Positions 10,085 through 20,428 of a stretch of 52,137 nt of DNA are shown here, piece by piece. Location of the stretch: the IMG/VR virus record IMGVR_UViG_2778261534_000002. The stretch is one strand, 5' to 3'. Position 1 is the stretch's first letter. Every line of letters begins with the position of its first letter. A program made the position numbers and the translations under genes. Under the pieces are notes generated by a model. The model was given only the letters and a program-made list of their open reading frames with translations, did no database searches and was not told the origin of the DNA. The stretch comes from a virus. Its lineage: Duplodnaviria; Heunggongvirae; Uroviricota; Caudoviricetes.

Positions 10085-10180
10085 TTATGGTGGGGCGTGA
10101 TGGGGAGGCTTCGGCCTGCTGGTTTCGTAAGTGCCAGTCTGTCAACCCTGTCACGTCCTGCCACCTGTTTGACAGCGGGT
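10085..10180 (+). ncRNA. c4-like antisense RNA candidate
   Basis: structured leader upstream of icd-like gene; TCGTAAGT (10125-10132) is complementary to ACTTACGA at the icd RBS (10197-10204); GGC-ttcg-GCC tetraloop hairpin; boundaries approximate. Confidence 0.3.
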
Positions 10181-10214
10181 CGCAGGTTGTTTATCAACTT
10201 ACGAGGCCGTAACT

Positions 10215-10439
10215 ATGGTTAATGCCAATCCTTGCTCACGCCCAGAATTCATCTGGCGTTTCCACTCCCTGCAAAAACACTGCGATCACTTCGCAATTGC
10301 CGCAACCGAAAAAGAAGCCCGTTCTCTGATCCCTGATCAGTATGGTGTTCTTACTGGTCGTTTCTCTACTTCCCCACAACCAAACACTAATCCCTGGTAT
10401 CGCAATATTACCAATCCCGGAATTGCGGAGGCACACTGA
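10215..10439 (+). CDS. Icd-like small protein of immunity module 1
   Basis: 74 aa; paralog of 49339..49554 (shared EFIWRF and AATE-EARS motifs); stop overlaps ant start (TGATG). Confidence 0.5.
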   Translation: MVNANPCSRPEFIWRFHSLQKHCDHFAIAATEKEARSLIPDQYGVLTGRFSTSPQPNTNPWYRNITNPGIAEAH

Positions 10440-11146
10440 TGGAAATCTGCATTCTTGAAAAGCCATCAATGACCAGCATTGAGATCGCGGAGCTGGTGGG
10501 AAGTCGCCCGGATAACGTTAAACGCACTATTGAACGCTTGAGTAAATCAGGTGTTATTCCACTTCCTCCAATGGAGGTTTCCGAAAATATCAATAACTTA
10601 GGATTTAAAGTTAAAAATTCACACTACGTCTTCGAAGGCGAGCAAGGCAAGCGTGACAGTATCATTGTCGTTGCGCAGCTTTCTCCCGAATTTACCGCCC
10701 GGCTGGTGGACCGCTGGCGCGAACTGGAAGAACAAGTACGCCAGCCGTTGACCGAAATAGAGATGATCGCCGCAATGGCTGCAAATGCAGTTCAGCAGCA
10801 AAAGCGGCTTCATGTTGTTGAGTCAAAGGTTAGCCAGGTGGTAGAAACCGTCGAGCAAATCAAGAAGGGCAACATGCCAGATGGTTACATTGGCTACCGC
10901 CAGCTGGCTGCGAAATGTGGCCTGACCGAAGCCAAATGCCGCAACCTTGTCAACGCTTACCGGATTCCCACCGATACACATGAGTTTTTAACTCCAGAGG
11001 GGGTATTGTCGCGTCGTTCCATCGTGGCCTTATCTCCCTTCATGAATGCTTTTAACCGGATGATGTCGGAGGCTGAACACCGAGGAAAACGCTGGTATCA
11101 CCCCAAAATGGGGCAATTCCAGGTGATCGGTTGGGGAGGTGAGTGA
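10439..11146 (+). CDS. ant: antirepressor (Ant-like)
   Basis: 235 aa; N-terminal SIEIAELVG...PDNVKRTIE region typical of Rha/Ant-type phage regulators; paralog of 49554..50480; translationally coupled to icd-like gene. Confidence 0.55.
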   Translation: MEICILEKPSMTSIEIAELVGSRPDNVKRTIERLSKSGVIPLPPMEVSENINNLGFKVKNSHYVFEGEQGKRDSIIVVAQLSPEFTARLVDRWRELEEQVRQPLTEIEMIAAMAANAVQQQKRLHVVESKVSQVVETVEQIKKGNMPDGYIGYRQLAAKCGLTEAKCRNLVNAYRIPTDTHEFLTPEGVLSRRSIVALSPFMNAFNRMMSEAEHRGKRWYHPKMGQFQVIGWGGE

Positions 11147-11343
11147 TGGACATCATGCAGGCGGTAAAAAAAATCAGGGAAGGACAGGCTGAAGTGTGCC
11201 GCCGTAAAGCATGGAGTGTTGGTGTATGGGCCTGGCCTGATAATTACTCTACTACCGGATGGTTTTGTATTAATGGACTCCAGGTCCGGGAAGTTGATTT
11301 ATCGACGGCTGATATAGTCGGTAATGATTGGATCGTGACTTGA
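11143..11343 (+). CDS. small DUF2829-like protein
   Basis: 66 aa; CRRKAW...GNDWIVT signature shared with four other domains in the window; start overlaps ant stop. Confidence 0.45.
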   Translation: MMDIMQAVKKIREGQAEVCRRKAWSVGVWAWPDNYSTTGWFCINGLQVREVDLSTADIVGNDWIVT

Positions 11344-11351
11344 AGCGTGAT

Positions 11352-11376
11352 GCCCCGGCCTGGCCGGGGCTTTTTT
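11352..11376. terminator. bidirectional intrinsic terminator
   Basis: GCCCCGGCC-tgg-CCGGGGC then TTTTTT, between convergent genes. Confidence 0.65.
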
Positions 11377-11861
11377 CATGCCTCATTAGTTGAGGTTGCT
11401 GCGTCTCCGACTGGTAACAGAGCGGTATTGCGTGGTTCGCCAGCAGGCCAGCGATAGCCAGACACTCTTGATGTTGGGAATGCGCGAATATTAACCGCAT
11501 CCCCCTGGTTCCCACCCAGGACAAGCAGATCGCCATTGGCGCGGCGTCCGACAACGAAGCCTACGTGCCCACCGCCTACGCGGGTAAATACAACGATACA
11601 TCCGTATGCCGGTGTATCTAATTTCTCGCCCCAATCCAGATAGGATTTTGCCGACTCAAATCTTGTTGAGCGGATGCCTACACGTTCCAGCATTGCACCG
11701 ACAAATGCTGCGCACCACGGCGTTTCATCGTCTTTAATTCCGCCGCGCTTGATGTCGCGCCAGAACTGAACGATTTCAGGGTTGTGTTTAGCGCCTTTTA
11801 TTTCAGTCAGGCCAATGTGCTTACGGGCTTCAATTAGCCAGCGAGGTTCAATGTTTGCCAT
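11376..11861 (-). CDS. CHAP/NlpC-P60-like putative cell-wall hydrolase (TIGR02594-type)
   Basis: 161 aa; conserved Cys motif PWCAAFV and His motif GGHVGFV. Confidence 0.45.
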   Translation of the reverse strand: MANIEPRWLIEARKHIGLTEIKGAKHNPEIVQFWRDIKRGGIKDDETPWCAAFVGAMLERVGIRSTRFESAKSYLDWGEKLDTPAYGCIVVFTRVGGGHVGFVVGRRANGDLLVLGGNQGDAVNIRAFPTSRVSGYRWPAGEPRNTALLPVGDAATSTNEA

Positions 11862-12012
11862 ATTTTTCTCCCGGTCATGGGTTAATAAGTAGGCAAACTA
11901 TGGGGAGTATGTGATTTTGACGGTAGTATCGTCCCCCTGAAAATAACATTCTCCATACCCTCTCAACCGTACCGCATAGCGGAATTTTTTACGGTTTAGA
12001 GGGGGAAATCCT

Positions 12013-15000
12013 TTGGACAAACTACTTCATTCAATCAGTGAAGCCTCCAGCTTAGGCGAACTGATTGAAATTGTTAGTCGGTTGCATAAATTACGTGCTG
12101 TTGCGACCTTTGGCGTCAGGAAAGCCGATGGCGTCAGTATTCAGAAAACACGCCGGGCAGCAAACAATGCCGCAGTAAATCTTCTTAATTCCCTTCCGCC
12201 CGGCTTCGATGGGGCGAAATTAACTGACGAACAACGTCAGATTCTTGCTGGGTATACCGGTGAAGGCGGCCTGACAGATGGTGAGGGCAGCCAATACGAA
12301 TACTACACGCCACAGTTTATGGCTGAAGGTATATGGGATCTGTTTGCTGACTACGGTATTGATGGCGGGCACGTACTGGAACCATCAGCGGGCACAGGTA
12401 TTTTCCAGGAGACAAAACGGCAGGGCATGATAATGACCAGCGCGGAACTGTCTCCGATTTCTGGTCGAATAAACCAGCTTTTGCACCCGGAAGACGATGT
12501 GAATATCGGGGCGTTTGAGGCGCTGGCGGCGAAAGATGCAATGTATGACCACGCTGTTGGTAACGTACCGTTTGGTGAAGGGCGTTCCGGCGTTGCCGGG
12601 CTTGATCCGGCATATGCAAACGAGAAGAACGTTGGCAATTACTTTGTGCTGCGCACGATCGACAAGGTTAAGCCTGGTGGGCTTATCGTATTGGTGGTGC
12701 CAAATGGCATGACCGATGGTACGAAATATAAAAAATTGCGCGATAAAGTCAGCCGTAAAGCGGAATTTTTGGGCGCACATCGTATGCCTTCCGGTACGTT
12801 CAGCGAATCCGGTACAGATACCGTGGTGGACGTATGGGTATTGCGTAAACACCCGGAAACCTTCCTGGAGATGATCCCCGACACGGATGATTCAACACTC
12901 AAATCGGCAAACGTCCTTTGGGATACCTTCCTCAAAGGAAAATGGTTTACAACCGAAGGGAAGCGATTTGTTTACGGCGACATGGAACGTACCAGCTTCC
13001 GCAATACCTTGGTGGTGAAAAAAGACGGTCGTGTATCCAATGAGTCGATGAAAACCGCGCTATCTCGTCGCTTTGATAGTCGCATCAATTGGGATTTGCT
13101 CGGCGTAACTACTCAGGCATGGCAGGGCGCGAAAGTGGGCGATAAACGCCTTGTAGGCGGTATCTGGCATGAGTTTGATGGTCTGAAATGGGTTAAGGAC
13201 ACGACAACTAAATCCTCCGCGCTTGATGTAAGTCGATATGGTGTTTCGACGTTTGGCGATCTGCAGATCGCGTTCCAGTCAACAAACGGGATTCTGTCTT
13301 TGTCATGGGACCAGATATCGGCGATCGCGTCCGACTATCCATCGGTTGTCAGTGATGACGTGGCAGCAATGATTCGCTTTGCTGGCAAGCAGCGAGAAAA
13401 AGACAGGGAGCGCGTTATGCGCGGTGCGCTGATAGGTCAGTTGATCAACAAGGCACTTGATTTGCGTAACCTGGGTGTGAACGTTGATGACAAACTGGCA
13501 GATGCATCCCGCCTGGCGGCAGCAGAAGTTGCGAAGTATGGACCACCGCACGCCATTAAGCTGAATGGGCTTGCTGAAGCTGGCGCTAAAAACTGGATGA
13601 CGTTCACTGGCAATGTGAAACAGGATGGTTCCACTTCTGACCTTCTGGCAGGGCGACTTGATGTAACGGATGGTGCTGCCGGTATTGACTTTACACGTCC
13701 TGAACAAGTGATAGCACATCTTTTCAGTGATGTAGCCCTTAATCCTATAACGCTGGGAGACTTTCGTGAGGCGTTTGCTGGTGAACTGCCAGAGGACGAC
13801 GACGCGGCCCTTGAATACCTGGCGAAATTTGATGATATCGCTATTGATGGGTATGGCTGCCTGCTGCCGATGGACCGCGCCACCAGCGGCGATATTGCAA
13901 CCAAAACAGCATTGCTGATGGGCTGGCGTGATGCGTCAACAGGTGAGCAGAAAGCGAACTTTGAGCGTCAGTTGGCGAAAATCGAAGAGAAACGTATTTT
14001 CACGCCACTAAATAAAGTCACCGTTAATCTGAATGCCCGCTGGCTGGATCGCCGCTTGATAAAAGAGTTCCTGGCAGAGCAGGGCTATGACGAGTTTAAG
14101 TACACTGAACCTGATCTGAAGGTCGTCGATGGCATTCTGGTATCTCCGGACGATTACGAAGGTAAGGACGGGGTATTTACCGGCTATCAGCTACGAACCG
14201 TAAACGGCAAAAACGGGAATGAGTTCAAGAAGGCCAACAATAAAGACGGCTTCCTGAACCAGTTAGAAAACTACCTGAACGGTGTTAAACCGCGTGGGCA
14301 GAACGCTAACGAGTACCTGGATAAAATTGCTCAACTGGAAGTTAGTTTTAACGACTGGTTACGCACTCACCCGCAGGCTGATCAGATAGCCCGCGAGTAT
14401 AACGACGCATTCAATGGTTTCATTCCGTTCACGCATTCTGACGCACCGCTTGGCCTGGAAGGGCTTAGTGGAAAGCGCATTCCTCTTACTTATCAGAATG
14501 AAGAAGTTCGGCGCTTGTCAGAAGATGGGCGCGGCATCATGGGATTTGGTACCGGGCTGGGTAAAACCACGACCGCGCTTGCGCTTGAGGCGTATAACTT
14601 CGAAACAGGTCGCACTAAACGCACGTGTATTGTTGTTCCGAAGGCGGTTTATCAGAACTGGTATCACGAGGCACAGAGTTTCTACAGTGCTGATGCCTTT
14701 GCCAATATGATGTTTATCGGTTTGGATGAAGTTCGTGATGACAGCGGAAATATTCTGACCGCGCCGGTGCTTGATGAAAATGGCGAACCACGCCTCGACA
14801 GTAACGGGCAGCCTCTTACCAGAAATGTTGTGAAAGAGTCCGCCAGCGCCGTTATCGTTCAGCGCATGAACATGATCCCGTCGTCAAATTGGCGAACGGT
14901 CATCATGACAAAAGAACAATTCGCGTCTATCCCGCTACGAGAAAAAACCATCGAGGAGAACTCACAGCAAGCTGTCTTTAATGCTGTGGAAATGGGGCGT

Positions 15001-18000
15001 CTTGACCTGGCGTCCGGTAAACACCGTGATGCGCAGAAGAAGAACAAGATTAAGGATCAGGCCGCGAATACCGGTACAACGAAGAAGCAGAATATCCCGT
15101 ACTTTGAGGATATGAACTTCGATAGCGTGATTGCCGACGAGGGGCATAACTACCGCAACTCCTTTAATGCCGGGCGTGAAGCGGGACAACTGGCATATTT
15201 GCCTAACCCGGCAGTATCCAAGATGGCCCGCGACATGGCTGTAAAAGCTGCGTACATGATGAAACGCAACAACGGGCGTGGTGTAGTCATGCTGACGGCA
15301 ACTCCGCTGGTGAACAGTCCGATTGATGCCTTCAACATGCTGTCTACTGTCATTCCGCAGGAAGAGTGGATGCGCATGGGCATCATTACGCCTGATGATT
15401 TCGTTCGTGTGTTTGGCAAAACAGCCACAGTTCAGGTCCAGAAAATTTCCGGGGAAGTGGAAGAGAAGCAGGGGCTGGTGGGCTTCCAGAACCTTGACGG
15501 CCTGCGTGGTATTTTCCATCGTTGGACCACTCTGAAGACTGCTGCAGATGTCGGAGCAACGGTTAAAATTCCCGACATCATTGAGAACACCTTGCAGATC
15601 CCGATGACAGGGGAGCAGGAGACTGCTTATGAAGAGCTTCGTAAGCGTGCTCAGGAGTTAAGTCGCAATGATGAGCTGACAGTCGATGAAAACGGGCATA
15701 TCACTAACGACAAACCGGATGATTTCATCTTCTCCATCATCCGTGACATGGACAAGGTTGCTATAGACCCGGATCTGTATGCCAGTGCGATTACATTCCA
15801 GTTCCCCGTTGAGCTTGCAGACCAGGTAAAAGCTATTGCTGATGCCTTGCCAAAAGTAGCTGGCGGTAAAGTGGCAGATGATGTTGATGAGGCCGAGGAA
15901 GACGGCGCTGGCGGGCTGGTCAGTACGCGTACCAGCAAGGTAGTGAAGACCGCTTTTAGTGAACATCCGACGCATGTTGAAATACGTGCCAGCATTGAAC
16001 TGGAAGCTGAAATACTTAAGGCCATTGCGGCTGCCGGTATTGATATGCAGCAGGTATCGCACCCCATCCCGCCGAAGTATGCCGCGCTGATCGAAAATCT
16101 TCGTGAAGGTCTGAAGAACGGTAAGCAGATCGTCTTTATTGATGAAAAAGCCCAGCACCAGAAGCTGCGCCGTATTATCGCCAGTGCACTGCAAATGCCG
16201 GAGCAGGAGATTGGCATTATCAATGCGACGACAGTTAGCCAGGCTGGCGGCATCAAGCTGAAGAAGGTGAATAAGCCGACCGAACCTACTCCAAACAAAA
16301 ACGGTGAATACAAAGAAGGGGCATGGGAAACCTACTACAGCAAACTTGCCCAATATGAGGATTATCTCTCAGCCAAAAATGATGCTGGCCTTGAGGGCAT
16401 GGAAGGTATTGCCGCCGACTATAACGAAGGTCGCACGCGCATCATAATCTGTAACAAGAAGGCTGAAGTAGGTATTAACCTGCACATCGGGACAACCGAT
16501 ATCCACCACCTGACACTACCCTGGACACCAGCCAGTATCGACCAACGAAATGGGCGCGGTGCGCGCGTAGGTTCACCGCAAGAGAAGGTCAATGTTCACT
16601 ACTATTGTGGCAAAGGCACATTCGACGACTTCCGTCTGGATACGCTGAAACGTAAGAAAGACTGGATCAAGATGGTGATGACCTCCGACATGTCAGAGAT
16701 CGCCAATGGTGATGCGGATGATGCTGATGAACGCGCCATTATGCTGGCGGCAAACCCGGAAGAACGCCGCGCAATCATGGCTCGCCAGGCGCAAGAGCGT
16801 GAAGAACGTCTGAAACTGAAAGCACAGCGCGAGGCCAACAATGCTCTCGATATCTACCTGAAAGCGGCAAACGCCGCCGGAAAAGATATCGGCATGATGG
16901 AGACAGAACTGAAAAGCGCGATGGAACAGATAGAGTATTACCAGCGCAATCTTGACGACCTGATAAAAGCGGGTACGAACAGGAATGGGCAAAAATACGC
17001 GCTTGAGCAGTTGAGTAGCTACAGAAAACGTGCGCGGGTGCTGAAGTTTGCGATCACCAGGGCAAAAGACGCGGATACCATAATGAAACGCTCTCGTGGT
17101 GATGTGGAGCGCGCTATTAAGTCTGGTGTGCTGGATATCAGTATCGATGTTATTCAGAACCCACAGGAATATATGCGCACTGACAAGAATATCCTGTTGC
17201 ATAAAGGTAGTTATTACCGTGCAGTCATTGATGATCGCGAAACAACAGCGATTGTCCGGGTGGAAAAAATTGACGGTGAAAAAGCACAATACATCTGCCG
17301 TATCGCCTGGCTGGATAGAGCAAGTCGTTACGCTCGATCACCGGGGTCAATCGTTACATTGCCGTTTGACTCTGTGATTGAAGCGGTAACTTTTGAAGAG
17401 GGGGTAGCTGAATCGCGCGCAACGGCTGCGCGTGGTGTTCAGTGCCACCAGCTATCAACGTCACTTACTCGCGATCAGTTCTATGATGCTATTCGTAACG
17501 GAGTAATGAAGGTCACTACAGGCCAGCCTGGTAGAGCATGGGGCGGTGAACCAGGTATTAAATACTGGGCCTATCGCACCGATGATGGTCAGATCGCGCT
17601 GTCATCGACCTATGATGGCATGATAGGACAGAAAATCGGGCGTACATCGGATATTGCACCAGAGCAGTGGATTTACCCTGATATCAACAATGAGGCGCTG
17701 AAGCGTGAAGTGGCAAAAATACAAGCCAGTGATAATCCGCTGAATATCGTGGACGGAGAGGGATTCCTCCAGGCATTGTATGGGTATGATTACATCCAGG
17801 GAATGCAGGCATGGGGCGCACAAGCAACGATGGATGATGTTGCCCAGGAGTTCGAAAACTGGATGGCTGGGCGTGGTCTGTCAGGTCGCTCGCTTAATAA
17901 AGTCACTTCTGAAGATATTCTTAGCTTGTTCCGCAAACCGTCCGGAGAAGGTCTGGAATCATTCTGGAGGACCGTGCTGGCATACCGTTTATTCCAGGGC

Positions 18001-18849
18001 AGGATGAAAGCCTTTAGCAATATCGATGATATTGAACGGATGTTTAATCAGGTCAAGATAGCGAAAATTAAGACGAAGATCGAAAAAACACGTTCTGCGC
18101 TGGTGGCCTGGCGCGATGCATTGTTTGAGCAATATAAATCACTCAGTGATGCAGATGGATGGGCGGCATTGGAACAGCTGGCGAATAATGGGGTAGATGG
18201 AGCGAAACTCGCCATTGTTCAGGCTGATAACCCCCTGGAATCACCGGCAGCACAGTGGATTAAGGTGGGGGCTGTCATCAATGCATTTGATGAAAAATAC
18301 ATTAGTAAGGACGATTTTGCTGATGCTGTTTCTGTTAATCGCCTGGTAGAAATGGCTACCCGCCGCGCCCGTGAGTTGAAAGACGGCGACTATGTGAATG
18401 AGTTGCCGGATACGCTCAAATCGGCAACGTGGCAGGACTATGTATCGCTGAAAAACGGCGGGGCCACTGAATCAGAGATCGCGGAAAGGCTTGAGCAGGC
18501 TGAAAGCAAAAGAGAAGAGCAGGCGGCAGTGGCTGAAGCCAGAGCTGATGAAGCGGCGAATGATGACTATATCATTGTGGTTAATGATAAGCCGATTCGC
18601 GCTAAGGCGCGTGTTCGCGGGCGCTGGTGGAGCGTCAGCGAGGACGTTGGCGCGGTTTATCTCATTGCCGACCAACCAGGTTCCTCGACAATACGGAACG
18701 CCAAAGACGCGATTAAGAAGATTGGCGGGCGTTTCTGGAATTTTGAAGCAAACCCGGTTGCTGATGTGAACTTTGACCGTCCTGCATGGATGGTATCTAC
18801 GCGTTACTCGGTAGATGAACTGCGTAAAATAATCGCCGATGCGGCCTAA
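12013..18849 (+). CDS. darB: DarB-like giant antirestriction protein (N6-adenine methyltransferase + helicase)
   Basis: 2278 aa from TTG 12013 (SD GGGGG); methyltransferase motif I EPSAGTGIF and motif IV NVPFGE; helicase Walker A GFGTGLGKTT and DEGHNY box. Confidence 0.85.
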   Translation: MDKLLHSISEASSLGELIEIVSRLHKLRAVATFGVRKADGVSIQKTRRAANNAAVNLLNSLPPGFDGAKLTDEQRQILAGYTGEGGLTDGEGSQYEYYTPQFMAEGIWDLFADYGIDGGHVLEPSAGTGIFQETKRQGMIMTSAELSPISGRINQLLHPEDDVNIGAFEALAAKDAMYDHAVGNVPFGEGRSGVAGLDPAYANEKNVGNYFVLRTIDKVKPGGLIVLVVPNGMTDGTKYKKLRDKVSRKAEFLGAHRMPSGTFSESGTDTVVDVWVLRKHPETFLEMIPDTDDSTLKSANVLWDTFLKGKWFTTEGKRFVYGDMERTSFRNTLVVKKDGRVSNESMKTALSRRFDSRINWDLLGVTTQAWQGAKVGDKRLVGGIWHEFDGLKWVKDTTTKSSALDVSRYGVSTFGDLQIAFQSTNGILSLSWDQISAIASDYPSVVSDDVAAMIRFAGKQREKDRERVMRGALIGQLINKALDLRNLGVNVDDKLADASRLAAAEVAKYGPPHAIKLNGLAEAGAKNWMTFTGNVKQDGSTSDLLAGRLDVTDGAAGIDFTRPEQVIAHLFSDVALNPITLGDFREAFAGELPEDDDAALEYLAKFDDIAIDGYGCLLPMDRATSGDIATKTALLMGWRDASTGEQKANFERQLAKIEEKRIFTPLNKVTVNLNARWLDRRLIKEFLAEQGYDEFKYTEPDLKVVDGILVSPDDYEGKDGVFTGYQLRTVNGKNGNEFKKANNKDGFLNQLENYLNGVKPRGQNANEYLDKIAQLEVSFNDWLRTHPQADQIAREYNDAFNGFIPFTHSDAPLGLEGLSGKRIPLTYQNEEVRRLSEDGRGIMGFGTGLGKTTTALALEAYNFETGRTKRTCIVVPKAVYQNWYHEAQSFYSADAFANMMFIGLDEVRDDSGNILTAPVLDENGEPRLDSNGQPLTRNVVKESASAVIVQRMNMIPSSNWRTVIMTKEQFASIPLREKTIEENSQQAVFNAVEMGRLDLASGKHRDAQKKNKIKDQAANTGTTKKQNIPYFEDMNFDSVIADEGHNYRNSFNAGREAGQLAYLPNPAVSKMARDMAVKAAYMMKRNNGRGVVMLTATPLVNSPIDAFNMLSTVIPQEEWMRMGIITPDDFVRVFGKTATVQVQKISGEVEEKQGLVGFQNLDGLRGIFHRWTTLKTAADVGATVKIPDIIENTLQIPMTGEQETAYEELRKRAQELSRNDELTVDENGHITNDKPDDFIFSIIRDMDKVAIDPDLYASAITFQFPVELADQVKAIADALPKVAGGKVADDVDEAEEDGAGGLVSTRTSKVVKTAFSEHPTHVEIRASIELEAEILKAIAAAGIDMQQVSHPIPPKYAALIENLREGLKNGKQIVFIDEKAQHQKLRRIIASALQMPEQEIGIINATTVSQAGGIKLKKVNKPTEPTPNKNGEYKEGAWETYYSKLAQYEDYLSAKNDAGLEGMEGIAADYNEGRTRIIICNKKAEVGINLHIGTTDIHHLTLPWTPASIDQRNGRGARVGSPQEKVNVHYYCGKGTFDDFRLDTLKRKKDWIKMVMTSDMSEIANGDADDADERAIMLAANPEERRAIMARQAQEREERLKLKAQREANNALDIYLKAANAAGKDIGMMETELKSAMEQIEYYQRNLDDLIKAGTNRNGQKYALEQLSSYRKRARVLKFAITRAKDADTIMKRSRGDVERAIKSGVLDISIDVIQNPQEYMRTDKNILLHKGSYYRAVIDDRETTAIVRVEKIDGEKAQYICRIAWLDRASRYARSPGSIVTLPFDSVIEAVTFEEGVAESRATAARGVQCHQLSTSLTRDQFYDAIRNGVMKVTTGQPGRAWGGEPGIKYWAYRTDDGQIALSSTYDGMIGQKIGRTSDIAPEQWIYPDINNEALKREVAKIQASDNPLNIVDGEGFLQALYGYDYIQGMQAWGAQATMDDVAQEFENWMAGRGLSGRSLNKVTSEDILSLFRKPSGEGLESFWRTVLAYRLFQGRMKAFSNIDDIERMFNQVKIAKIKTKIEKTRSALVAWRDALFEQYKSLSDADGWAALEQLANNGVDGAKLAIVQADNPLESPAAQWIKVGAVINAFDEKYISKDDFADAVSVNRLVEMATRRARELKDGDYVNELPDTLKSATWQDYVSLKNGGATESEIAERLEQAESKREEQAAVAEARADEAANDDYIIVVNDKPIRAKARVRGRWWSVSEDVGAVYLIADQPGSSTIRNAKDAIKKIGGRFWNFEANPVADVNFDRPAWMVSTRYSVDELRKIIADAA

Positions 18850-18885
18850 CAGATAAGGAGCGGCCCCAACCGGGGCCGAATTTGA

Positions 18886-19320
18886 ATGACGACATTAATT
18901 GACACTGTAAAACCGACGGAATCCTACCTTGAGGACATTTTGCCGCAGGCGCTCAATGGCAGGAGTGAAGAAGAATACCTGACAGTTTATCTTGATGGCA
19001 TGGTAGAAAGACTGAAGAAAAATCCACAGCTTTATCACCTTTATGGGCCGTGGTGGCCTGCGCTTAAAACGTTATTGCTGGAGCGCGGCGACATATCATT
19101 TGGACAAGTTGTAGATAGTGATGTGGCAGAGATCTACAAAATGAGTCGCCCGGCGCTTACGGTTTTGGCTGGGCATCTGTATTCGAGCGATCGCCTGGGA
19201 AATGACGCGGTATACAATCCCGTTCATGCTCTGGAAGTCGCACCTTATGCTGATGATACAGAGCCATACGTGTACATAAGTTACGACGAGTCTATAGAGA
19301 AATATCGAATCATGGGGTAG
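18886..19320 (+). CDS. hypothetical protein
   Basis: 144-aa ORF immediately downstream of darB after a short GC hairpin; no recognizable motif. Confidence 0.45.
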   Translation: MTTLIDTVKPTESYLEDILPQALNGRSEEEYLTVYLDGMVERLKKNPQLYHLYGPWWPALKTLLLERGDISFGQVVDSDVAEIYKMSRPALTVLAGHLYSSDRLGNDAVYNPVHALEVAPYADDTEPYVYISYDESIEKYRIMG

Positions 19321-19322
19321 CC

Positions 19323-19583
19323 ATGCGAAAGAATCGTAGGTTTACGGTCGAAGACCTAAAGGAATATTCCATATCGAAGGGGTATATCCTTGAGTTCCAC
19401 CGATACAAGAAGGTTTTTACGCTGCGAAAAGCAGAAAACCCTGCGAACTGGAGCTGGATATACTTTCCTCACACCGATGATAAGTTGGTAGAACTTGTTG
19501 ATGATTTAACCTATGAAGGTTGGTTGATCGCAATCGACAAGACAATCAAAGAATTATCCGAACAGGATAAAATAACCCTTTAA
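19323..19583 (+). CDS. hypothetical protein
   Basis: 86-aa ORF, 2 nt after preceding stop; followed by hairpin. Confidence 0.4.
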   Translation: MRKNRRFTVEDLKEYSISKGYILEFHRYKKVFTLRKAENPANWSWIYFPHTDDKLVELVDDLTYEGWLIAIDKTIKELSEQDKITL

Positions 19584-19595
19584 AAATAACAGGTT

Positions 19596-19625
19596 GGGTA
19601 AATGCCATGCGATTTACCCTCCTTG
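19596..19625 (+). terminator. terminator-like hairpin
   Basis: GGGTAAAT-gccatgcg-ATTTACCC then TCCTTGTTG. Confidence 0.4.
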
Positions 19626-19756
19626 TTGATTAAGGTCACTCTTTACTCTAAAAGCAAATCCGACCTGTTGCATATAGACCATCCTTGAGTAGTATCTCTC
19701 TTGTTTTACAAATCTAACGTTGTTGTTATTATTTCGCATATTTACTATCAATGGGT

Positions 19757-19771
19757 GTGTTAGAAAATAGC
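19757..19771. promoter_or_regulatory. operator-like 15-bp motif
   Basis: GTGTTAGAAAATAGC. Confidence 0.35.
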
Positions 19772-19904
19772 GCGAAAGAGAAGGCGTCGCAGTGAATATT
19801 CTGAAACATCCCCACATGCCGCAGCTCTTAGAGAACTGGAGAAAAACCCAGATCTAATCAAAAGGAACCATGAGCATTACGAGCAGGTTCGCGTCCTGGA
19901 CTGG

Positions 19905-20213
19905 TTGTATCGCAATATGCGTTATGTGTATGAGCATACTCACGCCACTCCAAACGGTGGCCTGCGAGGCATAAGGACGGCAATAAAAATGGTGGCAGAG
20001 GGCCAAAAGAAGGGATATCCCGATCTTTCTATAGACCTTGCTTGTGGGGGATACCACGGAATGCGCATTGAGATGAAACATGGGAGAAATCGCCTGACTC
20101 CCGAACAACTCGTCTGGATGACCCGCCTCACTGAAGCCGGTTACTACTGCTTTGAGGCGCGCAGTGCCGCTGAAGCCATAAAAGCTATCACGGAGTATGT
20201 TTGTCTTGATTAA
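19905..20213 (+). CDS. VRR-NUC domain nuclease
   Basis: 102 aa; GYPDLSIDL...EMK arrangement typical of VRR-NUC (PD-(D/E)xK) proteins. Confidence 0.6.
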   Translation: MYRNMRYVYEHTHATPNGGLRGIRTAIKMVAEGQKKGYPDLSIDLACGGYHGMRIEMKHGRNRLTPEQLVWMTRLTEAGYYCFEARSAAEAIKAITEYVCLD

Positions 20214-20227
20214 ACGGAGAAATCGTT

Positions 20228-20428
20228 TTGCGTTTACTTAACGTGGCAGAACTTATCCCTGCAGGAACTAATGCTATCGCTCGTCGTCGCTCATGGCAGC
20301 AGGCTCTATGTATTGAGATCTCGAAACGTATCAATGGAAGTTTTGAAGCTCGCAATATTGTTACTGGCGATAAGGTTCACATAACCCCGGAAAGTGCAAG
20401 CGCTGATGATTGGGAGTTTGTACATTGA
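20228..20428 (+). CDS. small DUF2829-like protein
   Basis: 66 aa; ARRRSW ... ADDWEFV signature as in the other DUF2829-like domains. Confidence 0.4.
   Translation: MRLLNVAELIPAGTNAIARRRSWQQALCIEISKRINGSFEARNIVTGDKVHITPESASADDWEFVH

Noticed and set aside
9904-10197. 97-aa minus-strand ORF
   Set aside because: Antisense to the structured c4-like leader and promoter of immunity module 1; no RBS; treated as spurious.
12317-17289. Numerous 60-230 aa ORFs on both strands inside the DarB-like gene
   Set aside because: All are embedded in or antisense to a continuous 2278-aa reading frame with recognisable methyltransferase and helicase motifs.
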